From NCBI GenBank assembly GCA_043778525.1, contig JAYWGA010000020.1, forward strand, positions 7,317 to 31,316: a DNA stretch of 24,000 nt, in the 5' to 3' direction. This DNA is from a bacterium (GTDB lineage Bacteria > Patescibacteriota > Minisyncoccia > Phycocordibacterales > UBA5272). Each line of letters begins with the position of its first letter. Positions within the stretch are counted from its first letter, which is position 1. Positions 1 through 7,562 of the stretch are shown here, one piece after another. The notes beneath the pieces are model-generated. The model saw only the letters and a program-made list of their open reading frames with translations. It was not told where the DNA came from and made no database searches. A program made the position numbers and the translations under genes.

Positions 1-394
1 GGTAGGAGGGAAATATCACTCCGTGCTTTAGTGTTTCTATCTCTAGCGCACTATACATCACACCAGGCTCACAAACTGCAAAGTCTGTATTTGTCTCCAA
101 AATTTTATTCATATACTTTTTAAAAGAAAGTATGATGGAGCTGCCGAGTGGTCCACCAGACATACAGGTGCCAGATGCGCGTGATACTATATTTATTTTC
201 TCATTAGGATTTGTATTTGCAGCATTTTCTTTATTTACAAAGTTTACTATTTTTTGCACCTCTTCTTTGTTTTTAGGGAAAATCACTACAGCAGGGAAAA
301 CTTTAAACATGCTAGCATCGGAGCTATGCTCGGCGAGTATTTTTTGATCTGTACTAAAATCTAAATTTAAATCTTTTAATTTGTCTAAAAACAT
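1..394 (-). CDS. FAD-binding oxidoreductase (FAD_binding_4 / GlcD-like), N-terminal part; the 3' end lies beyond the window edge
   Basis: Manual translation of the minus strand from ATG (complement of 392-394) gives MFLDKLKDLNLDFSTDQKILAEHSSDASMFKVFPAVVIFPKNKEEVQKIVNFVNKE...IVSRASGTCMSGGPLGSSIILSF...CEPGVMYSALE. The pattern 'P..V..P.s.eEv..iv......R..GT..sGG' is typical of FAD-linked oxidases. The frame stays open to position 1. It is absent from the ORF track because it runs off the edge. Confidence 0.6.
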   Translation of the reverse strand, partial: MFLDKLKDLNLDFSTDQKILAEHSSDASMFKVFPAVVIFPKNKEEVQKIVNFVNKENAANTNPNEKINIVSRASGTCMSGGPLGSSIILSFKKYMNKILETNTDFAVCEPGVMYSALEIETLKHGVIFPSY

Positions 395-436
395 ATACTA
401 AAAAGTATAACAGATTTTTATTGAAAACATATTTTG

Positions 437-508
437 TCCCCTCGGGAGGAATCGAACCGCCATCAAGAGCTTAGAAGTCTCCTGTTCTATCCATTGAACT
501 ACGAAGGG
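437..508 (-). tRNA. tRNA-Arg (anticodon UCU)
   Basis: The reverse complement folds as a cloverleaf. Acceptor CCCTTCG/CGAGGGG, D stem GTTC/GAAC, anticodon loop CTTCTAA (anticodon TCT), T arm GGCGG-TTCGATT-CCTCC with one mismatch, discriminator A. No encoded CCA. Confidence 0.85.
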
Positions 509-556
509 AAGGATAAAAACATTATACACAATATTCTATAAAAAGGCAACGGCATT

Positions 557-1126
557 TTACTTCAATATAAAAGAAAAGGTTTTGGCGTGATTTGGGCTAT
601 GTCGGCGCATTTGTGGTAGCGAGGCCAATACAAATATAAGTATAAAAACATAACTAGAAGCAGCATAAAAAACCCAAATATTGGAATTAAAAGTATTTCT
701 CACAAATTCATTTGCACCAGCCAGTATAAAAAAGAATATACCAGTACGTAGCGTAGCCAGATACCAGCCTCTGTCGGTCAGATCGCAGTAGGCGTACAAT
801 GCTTTTTTGAGCACTAGCTTTTTAAAGTATAAACCACCCAAAAGCAGGGCAGCAAATACTCCATAATACAAAGTGTCGCGCAAAGTCACCATCGTCACAG
901 AGCTAAAAACATAACCACCACCATCAAAAACAAGAGTGATAGCAAGTATATAAAGATCTAAATAACTAAGTCTCTTTTGCCAAAGCCAAATAATAGAAAT
1001 AGAAATAATACTAAAAACAATAAGCAAAAGTACAGAAAAGAAAAAGTTTTTGTAAATAAAGTAAGATAAGAAAAATATGACAGTCGGCGCAAATTCAACT
1101 CCAAACATTAAAAGTATTTTATTCAT
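557..1126 (-). CDS. Polytopic inner-membrane protein, YciB/IspZ (intracellular septation protein A)-like
   Basis: 189 aa with about 5 hydrophobic helices. Size and layout resemble YciB (N-terminal F.P.v.FF..Y, central RDT..Y, C-terminal basic tail). Judged by eye only. Confidence 0.5.
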   Translation of the reverse strand: MNKILLMFGVEFAPTVIFFLSYFIYKNFFFSVLLLIVFSIISISIIWLWQKRLSYLDLYILAITLVFDGGGYVFSSVTMVTLRDTLYYGVFAALLLGGLYFKKLVLKKALYAYCDLTDRGWYLATLRTGIFFFILAGANEFVRNTFNSNIWVFYAASSYVFILIFVLASLPQMRRHSPNHAKTFSFILK

Positions 1127-1142
1127 TAAAAACTAGTATACA

Positions 1143-1655
1143 CTATTTTTGCATCTCTTTAAGTTTTTCGGGAGGTATATTCTCTAGATTCTTTGCCTTA
1201 CTATCAAAAAGTATACCTGCTAGATGATCTATTTCATGTTGAAAGACTTGTGACAAAAGCCCAGTCGCACCTCTGTTTTTTTTGTTTCCTTTTATATCGT
1301 AGTACTCTATATTTACTTTTTTACTACGAGCTACCTCACCATATAGCCAGCGTACAGACAGACATCCCTCCATCATATATTTTTTTTCTTTCGAGTATTT
1401 TGTGATTTTGGGATTTATAAATACTAAGTCCTGATCTGTGTAATTGTCTTCATAGGCGAGAGGCGAGAGCATAAAAATACATAAATTTTGCCCTATTTGC
1501 GGCGCAGCTATAGCCACGCCGTCATCTTGCTCACCTAGTGCTATTTTCATATTTTTTAATATTTCTTTTATGGTAGGAGAAGATATGTCCGAAATAGCCA
1601 CTTCATAAGATACAGACGACAGTGCTTTGTGACCTTTGTTTACTATTATTGACAT
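1143..1655 (-). CDS. def: Peptide deformylase
   Basis: All three PDF motifs are present: GVAIAAPQIG (motif 1), EGCLS (motif 2), HEIDHLAG (motif 3). 170 aa. Confidence 0.95.
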   Translation of the reverse strand: MSIIVNKGHKALSSVSYEVAISDISSPTIKEILKNMKIALGEQDDGVAIAAPQIGQNLCIFMLSPLAYEDNYTDQDLVFINPKITKYSKEKKYMMEGCLSVRWLYGEVARSKKVNIEYYDIKGNKKNRGATGLLSQVFQHEIDHLAGILFDSKAKNLENIPPEKLKEMQK

Positions 1656-1669
1656 ATTTATTTAAAAGC

Positions 1670-1678
1670 ATTATAACA
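1670..1678 (-). promoter_or_regulatory. Extended -10 promoter (TGTTATAAT on minus strand) for def
   Basis: The minus strand reads TGTTATAAT, 14 nt upstream of the def ATG. There is no SD-like sequence in between. Confidence 0.45.
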
Positions 1679-1718
1679 CAAAAAACCAAATTTGTATCTA
1701 TTATACTTTTTAATTTAT

Positions 1719-1727
1719 TGATATACT
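1719..1727 (+). promoter_or_regulatory. Extended -10 promoter (TGaTATACT), leaderless-type spacing
   Basis: TGATATACT ends 6 nt before ATG 1734, so the predicted TSS falls on or next to the start codon. Confidence 0.45.
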
Positions 1728-1733
1728 ATAAAC

Positions 1734-2246
1734 ATGAAAAATAAAACAATAAAATTAACAGTACTATTTGCAGCTTTGTTTGTCTTTGGAGCTGTATTAG
1801 GCTACTTTGGGGCAGAGCTGGCTGATAAAAAGCACAAAGGTGATATGGGCGAAATGGATGGTATGAATAACTCTACCATGAGAATGCCCGAAGGCTATGT
1901 GCCAACAGATATAAAAACAGTAGGCAAAAATATCTGGAAAGGTACTGGCTTTGAGCCGGGATTTGCTTTCAATATAAACAAAGACGAAGCAAATAACAAT
2001 TATCCGACAGAGCTTGCTTTTCAAAATGACGGCGCGGTGGATGGATATTTAAATTTAAAATCATCAAGCCCGGCACTCACTGAGTATGAAGGGAATTTAA
2101 TGGTGGGAGGGGACGCAGCAGTACCCGCAAAAATACAAATCACAAATAAAAAATGTACAAATGCAAGCGGCACTGTATCAAACAATACAGTAAAAATAGT
2201 TTTTGGTGATACTACCTATAATGGCTGCGCTGACGCAACAAAATAA
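1734..2246 (+). CDS. Hypothetical exported or membrane-anchored protein
   Basis: 170 aa with an N-terminal hydrophobic anchor (LTVLFAALFVFGAVLGYFG) and two Cys near the C-terminus. No motif recognised. The start is supported by the -10 element. Confidence 0.55.
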   Translation: MKNKTIKLTVLFAALFVFGAVLGYFGAELADKKHKGDMGEMDGMNNSTMRMPEGYVPTDIKTVGKNIWKGTGFEPGFAFNINKDEANNNYPTELAFQNDGAVDGYLNLKSSSPALTEYEGNLMVGGDAAVPAKIQITNKKCTNASGTVSNNTVKIVFGDTTYNGCADATK

Positions 2247-2249
2247 AGT

Positions 2250-2477
2250 TTATTTGGCAGATTCCAATTCTTTATCAAAAATCAGTAGTAATATTATCCC
2301 TATAAGTATAGAAATTATATTACTGAGGTCTGGATTCATGGGTAGCAGATAATGGTCGAGTAGATTCCACACACCTCGCCAAATGAATATAGCTGAAAAG
2401 ATAATTGTGATATTGCGGAGGAAATAATGATCTCGTATAAAACTCATTCCTTTAAAATGTTTTTTTCTTTTTGCCAT
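2250..2477 (-). CDS. Small hypothetical 2-TM membrane protein
   Basis: 75 aa with a basic N-terminus followed by two hydrophobic segments. It fills the gap between convergent and divergent neighbours. No homology recognised. Confidence 0.4.
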   Translation of the reverse strand: MAKRKKHFKGMSFIRDHYFLRNITIIFSAIFIWRGVWNLLDHYLLPMNPDLSNIISILIGIILLLIFDKELESAK

Positions 2478-2564
2478 GTTTTGCTTTTTTATTTATCTAA
2501 TCTAATTTTATATAAATAGTCTAGCAGATTTTGTTTTGTTGGTAAATACTGTTAGCTTGTTATG

Positions 2565-2573
2565 TGGTATAAT
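2565..2573 (+). promoter_or_regulatory. Extended -10 promoter (TGGTATAAT) for the RhuM/ATPase operon
   Basis: A perfect TGnTATAAT lies downstream of the track's ATG 2562, which argues that ATG 2586 is the real start and the 5' UTR is about 5 nt. Confidence 0.5.
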
Positions 2574-2585
2574 TATATAAAGTAT

Positions 2586-3608
2586 ATGCAATCAAATTCA
2601 GAGATTATAATTTATAATGACAAAAATGGTGATGTAAAACTTGATGTCCGTTTTGATGGCGAGAGTGCATGGCTATCTCAAAAAATGATAGCAGAGCTCT
2701 TTGGGGTTGACGTTCGCACAGTAAGTGAGCATATACAAAATATTTTTGAAACTAAGGAATTACAGGAAATTTCAACTATCCGGAAAATCCGGATAGTTCA
2801 AAATGAGGGTACAAGAGAGGTTTCTCGTGAGGTTTCGTTTTATAATTTAGACGTTATTATTGCTACGGGTTATAGAGTAAATTCTGTTCTAGCCACACAG
2901 TTTCGTATTTGGGCGACCACAAGGCTGAGCGAATACATCAAAAAAGGCTTTACCATGGATGATGATAGATTAAAGGGTATAGGTGGTGGCAATTATTGGA
3001 AAGAGCTTTTAGATCGCATACGCGATATTCGTAGTAGTGAAAAAGTACTTTATCGCCAAGTGCTAGATCTGTATGCGACAAGCATAGACTATGATGCAAA
3101 AAGTGACGAGTCAGTACTTTTTTTTAAAACAGTACAAAATAAATTGCATTATGCTGCAAATAAACATACAGCAGCCGAGACTGTGCACTCTCGAGCTGAT
3201 GCACAAAAAGATTTTATGGGACTCACTACTTTTAAGGGCACACAGCCTGTATTGTCTGAAGTCCGCATAGCTAAAAATTATTTGAATGAAGATGAAATTT
3301 TTATATTAAATAGAATGGTCTCCGCCTTTTTTGACCTCGCCGAAATAAAAGCCAAACAAGAAACGAAAATGCACATGAAAGACTGGGTAGTGGAGCTAGA
3401 TAAATTTGCTGCGAATTATGGTAAGGGGATATTAAAAGACTCTGGAACAGTAAGTCATGAGGAGGCTTTGGTAAAAGCAGAGAGCGAATATAGAAAGTAT
3501 CAAGTAAAAACACTCTCGCCAGTGGAAGAGGCCTATTTAGAAAGTATTAAGAGCATAGAGAGGAAGGTAGAGGTGAAAATTAACAAAGAAAATAAATGTT
3601 ATGATTAA
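2586..3608 (+). CDS. rhuM: RhuM-family protein (virulence protein RhuM family, PF13310-like)
   Basis: The N-terminus matches the characteristic RhuM signature: SEIIIYNDKNGDVKLDVRFDGESAWLSQKMIAELFGVDVRTVSEHIQNIF...YNLDVIIATGYRVNSVLATQFRIWATTRLSEYIKKGFTMDDDRLK. The start was moved from 2562 to 2586 because of promoter position. Confidence 0.85.
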   Translation: MQSNSEIIIYNDKNGDVKLDVRFDGESAWLSQKMIAELFGVDVRTVSEHIQNIFETKELQEISTIRKIRIVQNEGTREVSREVSFYNLDVIIATGYRVNSVLATQFRIWATTRLSEYIKKGFTMDDDRLKGIGGGNYWKELLDRIRDIRSSEKVLYRQVLDLYATSIDYDAKSDESVLFFKTVQNKLHYAANKHTAAETVHSRADAQKDFMGLTTFKGTQPVLSEVRIAKNYLNEDEIFILNRMVSAFFDLAEIKAKQETKMHMKDWVVELDKFAANYGKGILKDSGTVSHEEALVKAESEYRKYQVKTLSPVEEAYLESIKSIERKVEVKINKENKCYD

Positions 3609-5754
3609 AAAGATTATAAAAATTAAAAATATTGGTAAATATGATATACCGTCAGTTAATGAGGAAGACTTTTTTGGTATAAACACTCTAATTTTTGGCG
3701 CTAACAAAATAGGTAAAACTACGCTAGTAGCAATTCTCAGATCCTTAAGAGAAAATGATGTATCTATAGTTTCAAGTAGAAAAACATTTGGAACTTCAGC
3801 AGAGGAAAAGCAAGAATGCGAAATTGTTTGTGATGATGGTACAAGATTCATATATAATTCCTCGTGGTCATATAAAAATATAGAAATTTTTGACAATGAG
3901 TTTATAAATAGAAATATTTTTATTGGAGATAAGATAGAGCAAGGGCATAAAGCCCAGCTGCATAAAATACTGATAGATGAAACAAATTTAGGATTACAGA
4001 AAAATATAAATTTAGAAGAAATTCAATATGCACAATTAATTTTTGATAAAGAGCAAATTAGAAACTCATTGGGAAAAAATTTTAATGAATTTATTAAATT
4101 TAAAGATTCAGATGAGATTTTAGACGTTGATATAAAGATCAAAAACAATCTCAATAAACGTAATCAGTACAATAATCATAAAAAGATTAATCAGCTTAAA
4201 GTTTCGACAAAGCTATCTTTTAATTTTTTAGATTTTGAAATAAAAATTGAAGAAGATATTGACAACAATTTAGAAAAAATAATTAAAAAACATATTGAGA
4301 ATTGCTGGAACATTGAAGATAAAGATTTTAGTTTTCTAGCAATGGGTGTAAATAGAATATCTAATAATAAAAATTTATGTCCTTTTTGTGGCCAGGGGTT
4401 AGAAAATGTTTCTGAATTAATGTCTAATATGAAAATATTTTTTGGTGAAGCTTATAAGATGACACAAATGTCAATTGAATCATCTATAAAATCTTTTAAG
4501 TCGATTGATATAGAGAAAGAGATTGCGCAATTTAAAGCGGAAGGATTGGAATTTTTAAATTTTTCTAATGCAAAGGACTTAGCTGGTTCCTTTGATGTTA
4601 TTATTAAAAAACTTGATCAAAAGCAAAAAGATTTATCCCTTGATATAAAAATTAAAGAAGTGCCTGAGTATAATAACTTTAAGTCAGCAATACAAGCAAT
4701 CTATGTTGAATTAAATTCTCAAAAAATTGAATCTATGGAAATAGGCATATTAGAGAATGAAGAACTTTTACTAAAATTAAACAAAGAACGCTTTACTGTT
4801 GATGTAAATAATAGATTTAGAGAATATGCAAATATTGAAAAAAAATTGCTGATAAAAAAAGTACTCATAGACAAATTAAACGAAGAACTCAAAGTAGGTC
4901 TTAATGGTTTGTTCAAAGACTATTTATACGAGATTAATCTGATACTGAGTAGCTCTTATGCAAATTTTAAACTTACAGAACTTAAGTCTTTGTCAAACAG
5001 GACATTGAAAGAGTCATTTTTTTGCGACTATGCTTTTATTTTTGACGATAGCCACGTCATAAACATCTTAGATGAAGAATGTAAACCTCAGTTTAAAAGT
5101 ACATTAAGTGATTCCGATAAAAGAATCTTTGCTTTTGCTTTTTTTATTGCAAAGCTTAAAAAAGACAATTTATTAACCAGTAGGATAGTCATCTTAGATG
5201 ATCCATTTACAAGCTTAGACGAGGAAAGGAAAGACACTATGATAAATATTTTAAATAAACTAGCTTGTAAACAGTTGATTGTTTTGTCGCACAGTCGCAC
5301 TTTTATTAAGAGGTATCTTTCAATCTTTAAATCGAATGAATCAGACAGCTCGAAAGAAGTAAAGTCTTTAAGACTTATAAACTGCCTTTCAAAAAATAAA
5401 ACAAAAATTACTAATCTGGATATTGAAATAGACAATGATTTTCTTGAAGGTATTGAAAAATATTTAAATACATTAAATAGAGCAAAAATTGAATCTATAG
5501 AATCAGACTATGATAATATAAGAAAAATTATTGAATATATAGTAAAGGCAAAATATGGATCCCTACTGAGTGTTGAAGAGAGGAGAATGCCAATGAGATA
5601 CTTTAATAATCCAAATTGTAAATCTCAAATGAAAGATGAGATAAAAGAAAAGGATTATCAGGAAAATCACCACGACTTAAACAACCAGCCTTCACCAGAA
5701 GAGCTAATCAGTAAAAAAGATTATTTCATAGATAATGTACTGCCATTTATTTGA
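3601..5754 (+). CDS. AAA_13-type ABC/SMC-like ATPase with coiled-coil zinc-hook insertion and PrrC/RloC-like C-terminal domain (candidate anticodon nuclease)
   Basis: Walker A GANKIGKTT (aa 33-41). A long K/E/N-rich predicted coiled coil spans about aa 115-470 and contains CPFCGQ (aa 260-265). ABC signature-like LSDSDKR (aa 502-508), Walker B IVILDDPFTSLD (aa 529-540), H-loop VLSHS (aa 561-565). The C-terminus carries NIRKIIEY (R641-x3-E645) and ENHHD (H690/H691). The start ATG overlaps the rhuM stop (ATGATTAA). Confidence 0.8.
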   Translation: MIKKIIKIKNIGKYDIPSVNEEDFFGINTLIFGANKIGKTTLVAILRSLRENDVSIVSSRKTFGTSAEEKQECEIVCDDGTRFIYNSSWSYKNIEIFDNEFINRNIFIGDKIEQGHKAQLHKILIDETNLGLQKNINLEEIQYAQLIFDKEQIRNSLGKNFNEFIKFKDSDEILDVDIKIKNNLNKRNQYNNHKKINQLKVSTKLSFNFLDFEIKIEEDIDNNLEKIIKKHIENCWNIEDKDFSFLAMGVNRISNNKNLCPFCGQGLENVSELMSNMKIFFGEAYKMTQMSIESSIKSFKSIDIEKEIAQFKAEGLEFLNFSNAKDLAGSFDVIIKKLDQKQKDLSLDIKIKEVPEYNNFKSAIQAIYVELNSQKIESMEIGILENEELLLKLNKERFTVDVNNRFREYANIEKKLLIKKVLIDKLNEELKVGLNGLFKDYLYEINLILSSSYANFKLTELKSLSNRTLKESFFCDYAFIFDDSHVINILDEECKPQFKSTLSDSDKRIFAFAFFIAKLKKDNLLTSRIVILDDPFTSLDEERKDTMINILNKLACKQLIVLSHSRTFIKRYLSIFKSNESDSSKEVKSLRLINCLSKNKTKITNLDIEIDNDFLEGIEKYLNTLNRAKIESIESDYDNIRKIIEYIVKAKYGSLLSVEERRMPMRYFNNPNCKSQMKDEIKEKDYQENHHDLNNQPSPEELISKKDYFIDNVLPFI

Positions 5755-5838
5755 TATTATAAATAGAAATCAGAAGCAGTGTCACGCACTTATCTCAAAG
5801 CGGGAGATCAACAAAACTACTTTAAATTATTTACTTTG

Positions 5839-5920
5839 TGCCCAGGAAAGGACTTGAACCTTCACATCTTGCGATACTAGTTCCTAAGACTAGTGCGTCT
5901 ACCAATTTCGCCACCTGGGC
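5839..5920 (-). tRNA. tRNA-Leu (anticodon UAG), class II with long variable arm
   Basis: The reverse complement reads GCCCAGG-TG-GCG-AAATTGGTAGA-CGC-A-CTAGT-CTTAGGA-ACTAG-TATCGCAAGATGT-GAAGG-TTCAAGT-CCTTT-CCTGGGC-A. This is a perfect cloverleaf with anticodon TAG and no encoded CCA. Confidence 0.9.
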
Positions 5921-5991
5921 AGGTGTTTTGTAATTGTTTAAATTACAAGGACATTATAACACAAAAGTTATTTTTAGGAAAATTTAAAATA

Positions 5992-6000
5992 TGTTATAAT
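5992..6000 (+). promoter_or_regulatory. Extended -10 promoter (TGTTATAAT) upstream of the HAD hydrolase gene
   Basis: A perfect TGnTATAAT sits 14 nt upstream of ATG 6015. Confidence 0.45.
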
Positions 6001-6014
6001 ATGTTTAAATAAAT

Positions 6015-6731
6015 ATGATTAAATTACTTAGCCTAGACCTAGATAAAACAATCACAGAATCAAATTCTTGGGAAATTTTAAATACTCATTTTGGCATAAG
6101 TGAAGAGGACGATAAAAAAATGTATTATGATTTTATGAGTCAAAAGATAAGCTATAAAGAATGGCTGGACAAACTTGCTGACATTTGGAAAGAAAATAAG
6201 GAGCATATAACAAAACAATCTATAATGGATGCCTACAACCCCATATATAAAAAAGATATAATAAATACTATAAAGCAAATACGCCTTGAAAATCCTGGAA
6301 TAATAATAGGTATAACTACTGGTGCACCCAGTGTAGCCGCAGAAAAAAGTATGCATGATCTTAATTTAGATTTCGTTTTTTCTACCAACCATGTAGACTT
6401 TAATGAAAATGCAGAATTTACAGGTTTTATAGATCTAGGTGATGAAACTTTAAGTGGAAAACCAAATTTACTTTCTATTTTTGCAAAAGAAAAAGGAGTA
6501 TTTTTTCATGAGTGTATGCATGTGGGAGATAGTAGAAATGATATACAGCTTTTTAGAAGTACTGGCAATGGTGTTTCTTTCAAATGGTGTAAAGAAGATA
6601 TAAAAAATGAAGCCAAGGTAATAATTGAAGAAATACAGGATTTGCCTGAGGCTATAAAACAAATAAATGAAATTAACTATAAAAATTATCAATTGATTTA
6701 CCCTTATATAAAAACAAATACCAGTATTTAA
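6015..6731 (+). CDS. HAD-superfamily hydrolase (HAD-IB / phosphoserine-phosphatase-like)
   Basis: Motif I LSLDLDKTI (DxD), motif II-like ITTGAP, motif IV GDSRNDIQLF. 238 aa. Confidence 0.8.
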   Translation: MIKLLSLDLDKTITESNSWEILNTHFGISEEDDKKMYYDFMSQKISYKEWLDKLADIWKENKEHITKQSIMDAYNPIYKKDIINTIKQIRLENPGIIIGITTGAPSVAAEKSMHDLNLDFVFSTNHVDFNENAEFTGFIDLGDETLSGKPNLLSIFAKEKGVFFHECMHVGDSRNDIQLFRSTGNGVSFKWCKEDIKNEAKVIIEEIQDLPEAIKQINEINYKNYQLIYPYIKTNTSI

Positions 6732-6738
6732 AACTATC

Positions 6739-7242
6739 TTAAAACTCTACTGCATCACCCACTTTTATATTTAGCTTTTCAGACAGTCCCGCATTTATTT
6801 CTAGTACATATTTTATAGGAGCGGGGGAGAAAAGAGTTTTTGAGAGTTTTGGGTTTATTTCATTGTAGCTATTCTTACTCACATTTCGCTCTATGTCTAT
6901 TATTTTTTTAGAAGCGTCTATCCAAATGATATCTATATCGAAAGCCATGTCCTTCATCCAAAAGCCCTGCGTGGCTGAAGTATCAAAAATAAAAAGCATA
7001 GCGCTATTTGTAGCTAAACTCGCTCTATCACTCAGGCCCTTTTCTCTTTTTTTATCTGTGTCAGCTATTTCTACTTCAAATATATTATTATTTATTTTTA
7101 GTATATTATTTATTTTATTTTCAGCTATGCTATTTTGTACTTTGTCACTTTTGTTAAATGTATTTAATAGAGCAAAAGAAAATAAAGCTAAAATAAAAGC
7201 AAAGAGTATTATTTTTATTTTACTTTTCTTCTTTGTCATCAT
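6739..7242 (-). CDS. DUF192 domain protein with N-terminal membrane anchor
   Basis: The DUF192 pattern is recognisable: EIADTDKKREKGLSDRASLATNSAMLFIF...GFWMKDMAFDIDIIWID...KII. The start overlaps the rbfA 3' end by about 20 nt. Confidence 0.75.
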   Translation of the reverse strand: MMTKKKSKIKIILFAFILALFSFALLNTFNKSDKVQNSIAENKINNILKINNNIFEVEIADTDKKREKGLSDRASLATNSAMLFIFDTSATQGFWMKDMAFDIDIIWIDASKKIIDIERNVSKNSYNEINPKLSKTLFSPAPIKYVLEINAGLSEKLNIKVGDAVEF

Positions 7243-7558
7243 GTATTACCTCATCTATTTTATTGCGTAGCTTTTCACCTTTGTCTATGGCTATATCTAG
7301 GAATGGTAGGCGCCCTGTGCGGATATTTTTGAGGAGATAGTATCTCAGGTCTGCACGCTTGCGTATAGCAAAATGCAGCGCCTCTATCTCGCGAGCCTCT
7401 GGAAATACCGATATGTAGATGGTCGCAGCTTTTTCGTCGGGGGATATTTCTACTCTCGTCACAGTCACCATAGAGGTTAGATTTGACTCCGAAGAGAGAA
7501 ACTTACCACTGAGGTTTTTGATAAGTTCAAATAAATGTTCTTTGCGATATTCTCCCAT
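7220..7558 (-). CDS. rbfA: Ribosome-binding factor A
   Basis: 112 aa, immediately downstream of infB (4-nt gap), which is the classic synteny. The RbfA-like core is VTVTRVEISPDEKAATIYISVFP...LRYYLLKNIRTGRLPFLDIAID. Confidence 0.85.
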   Translation of the reverse strand: MGEYRKEHLFELIKNLSGKFLSSESNLTSMVTVTRVEISPDEKAATIYISVFPEAREIEALHFAIRKRADLRYYLLKNIRTGRLPFLDIAIDKGEKLRNKIDEVIHDDKEEK

Positions 7559-7562
7559 ATAT

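Noticed and set aside
132-347. 71-aa plus-strand ORF from the track
   Set aside because: It lies entirely antisense to a much better supported minus-strand FAD-oxidase reading frame that is open to the window edge. Its sequence is low-complexity and hydrophobic.
3537-3896. 119-aa minus-strand ORF across the rhuM/ATPase junction, and 4719-4916, 5088-5435 minus ORFs
   Set aside because: They are antisense to well-supported coding frames and are typical AT-rich shadow ORFs.
2511-5766. Possible att-like direct repeat (tataaatag) flanking the RhuM/ATPase island next to tRNA-Leu
   Set aside because: The match is only 9 bp and purely A/T-rich, which is expected by chance at this base composition. 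It has no similarity to the tRNA-Leu 3' end and no integrase is present.
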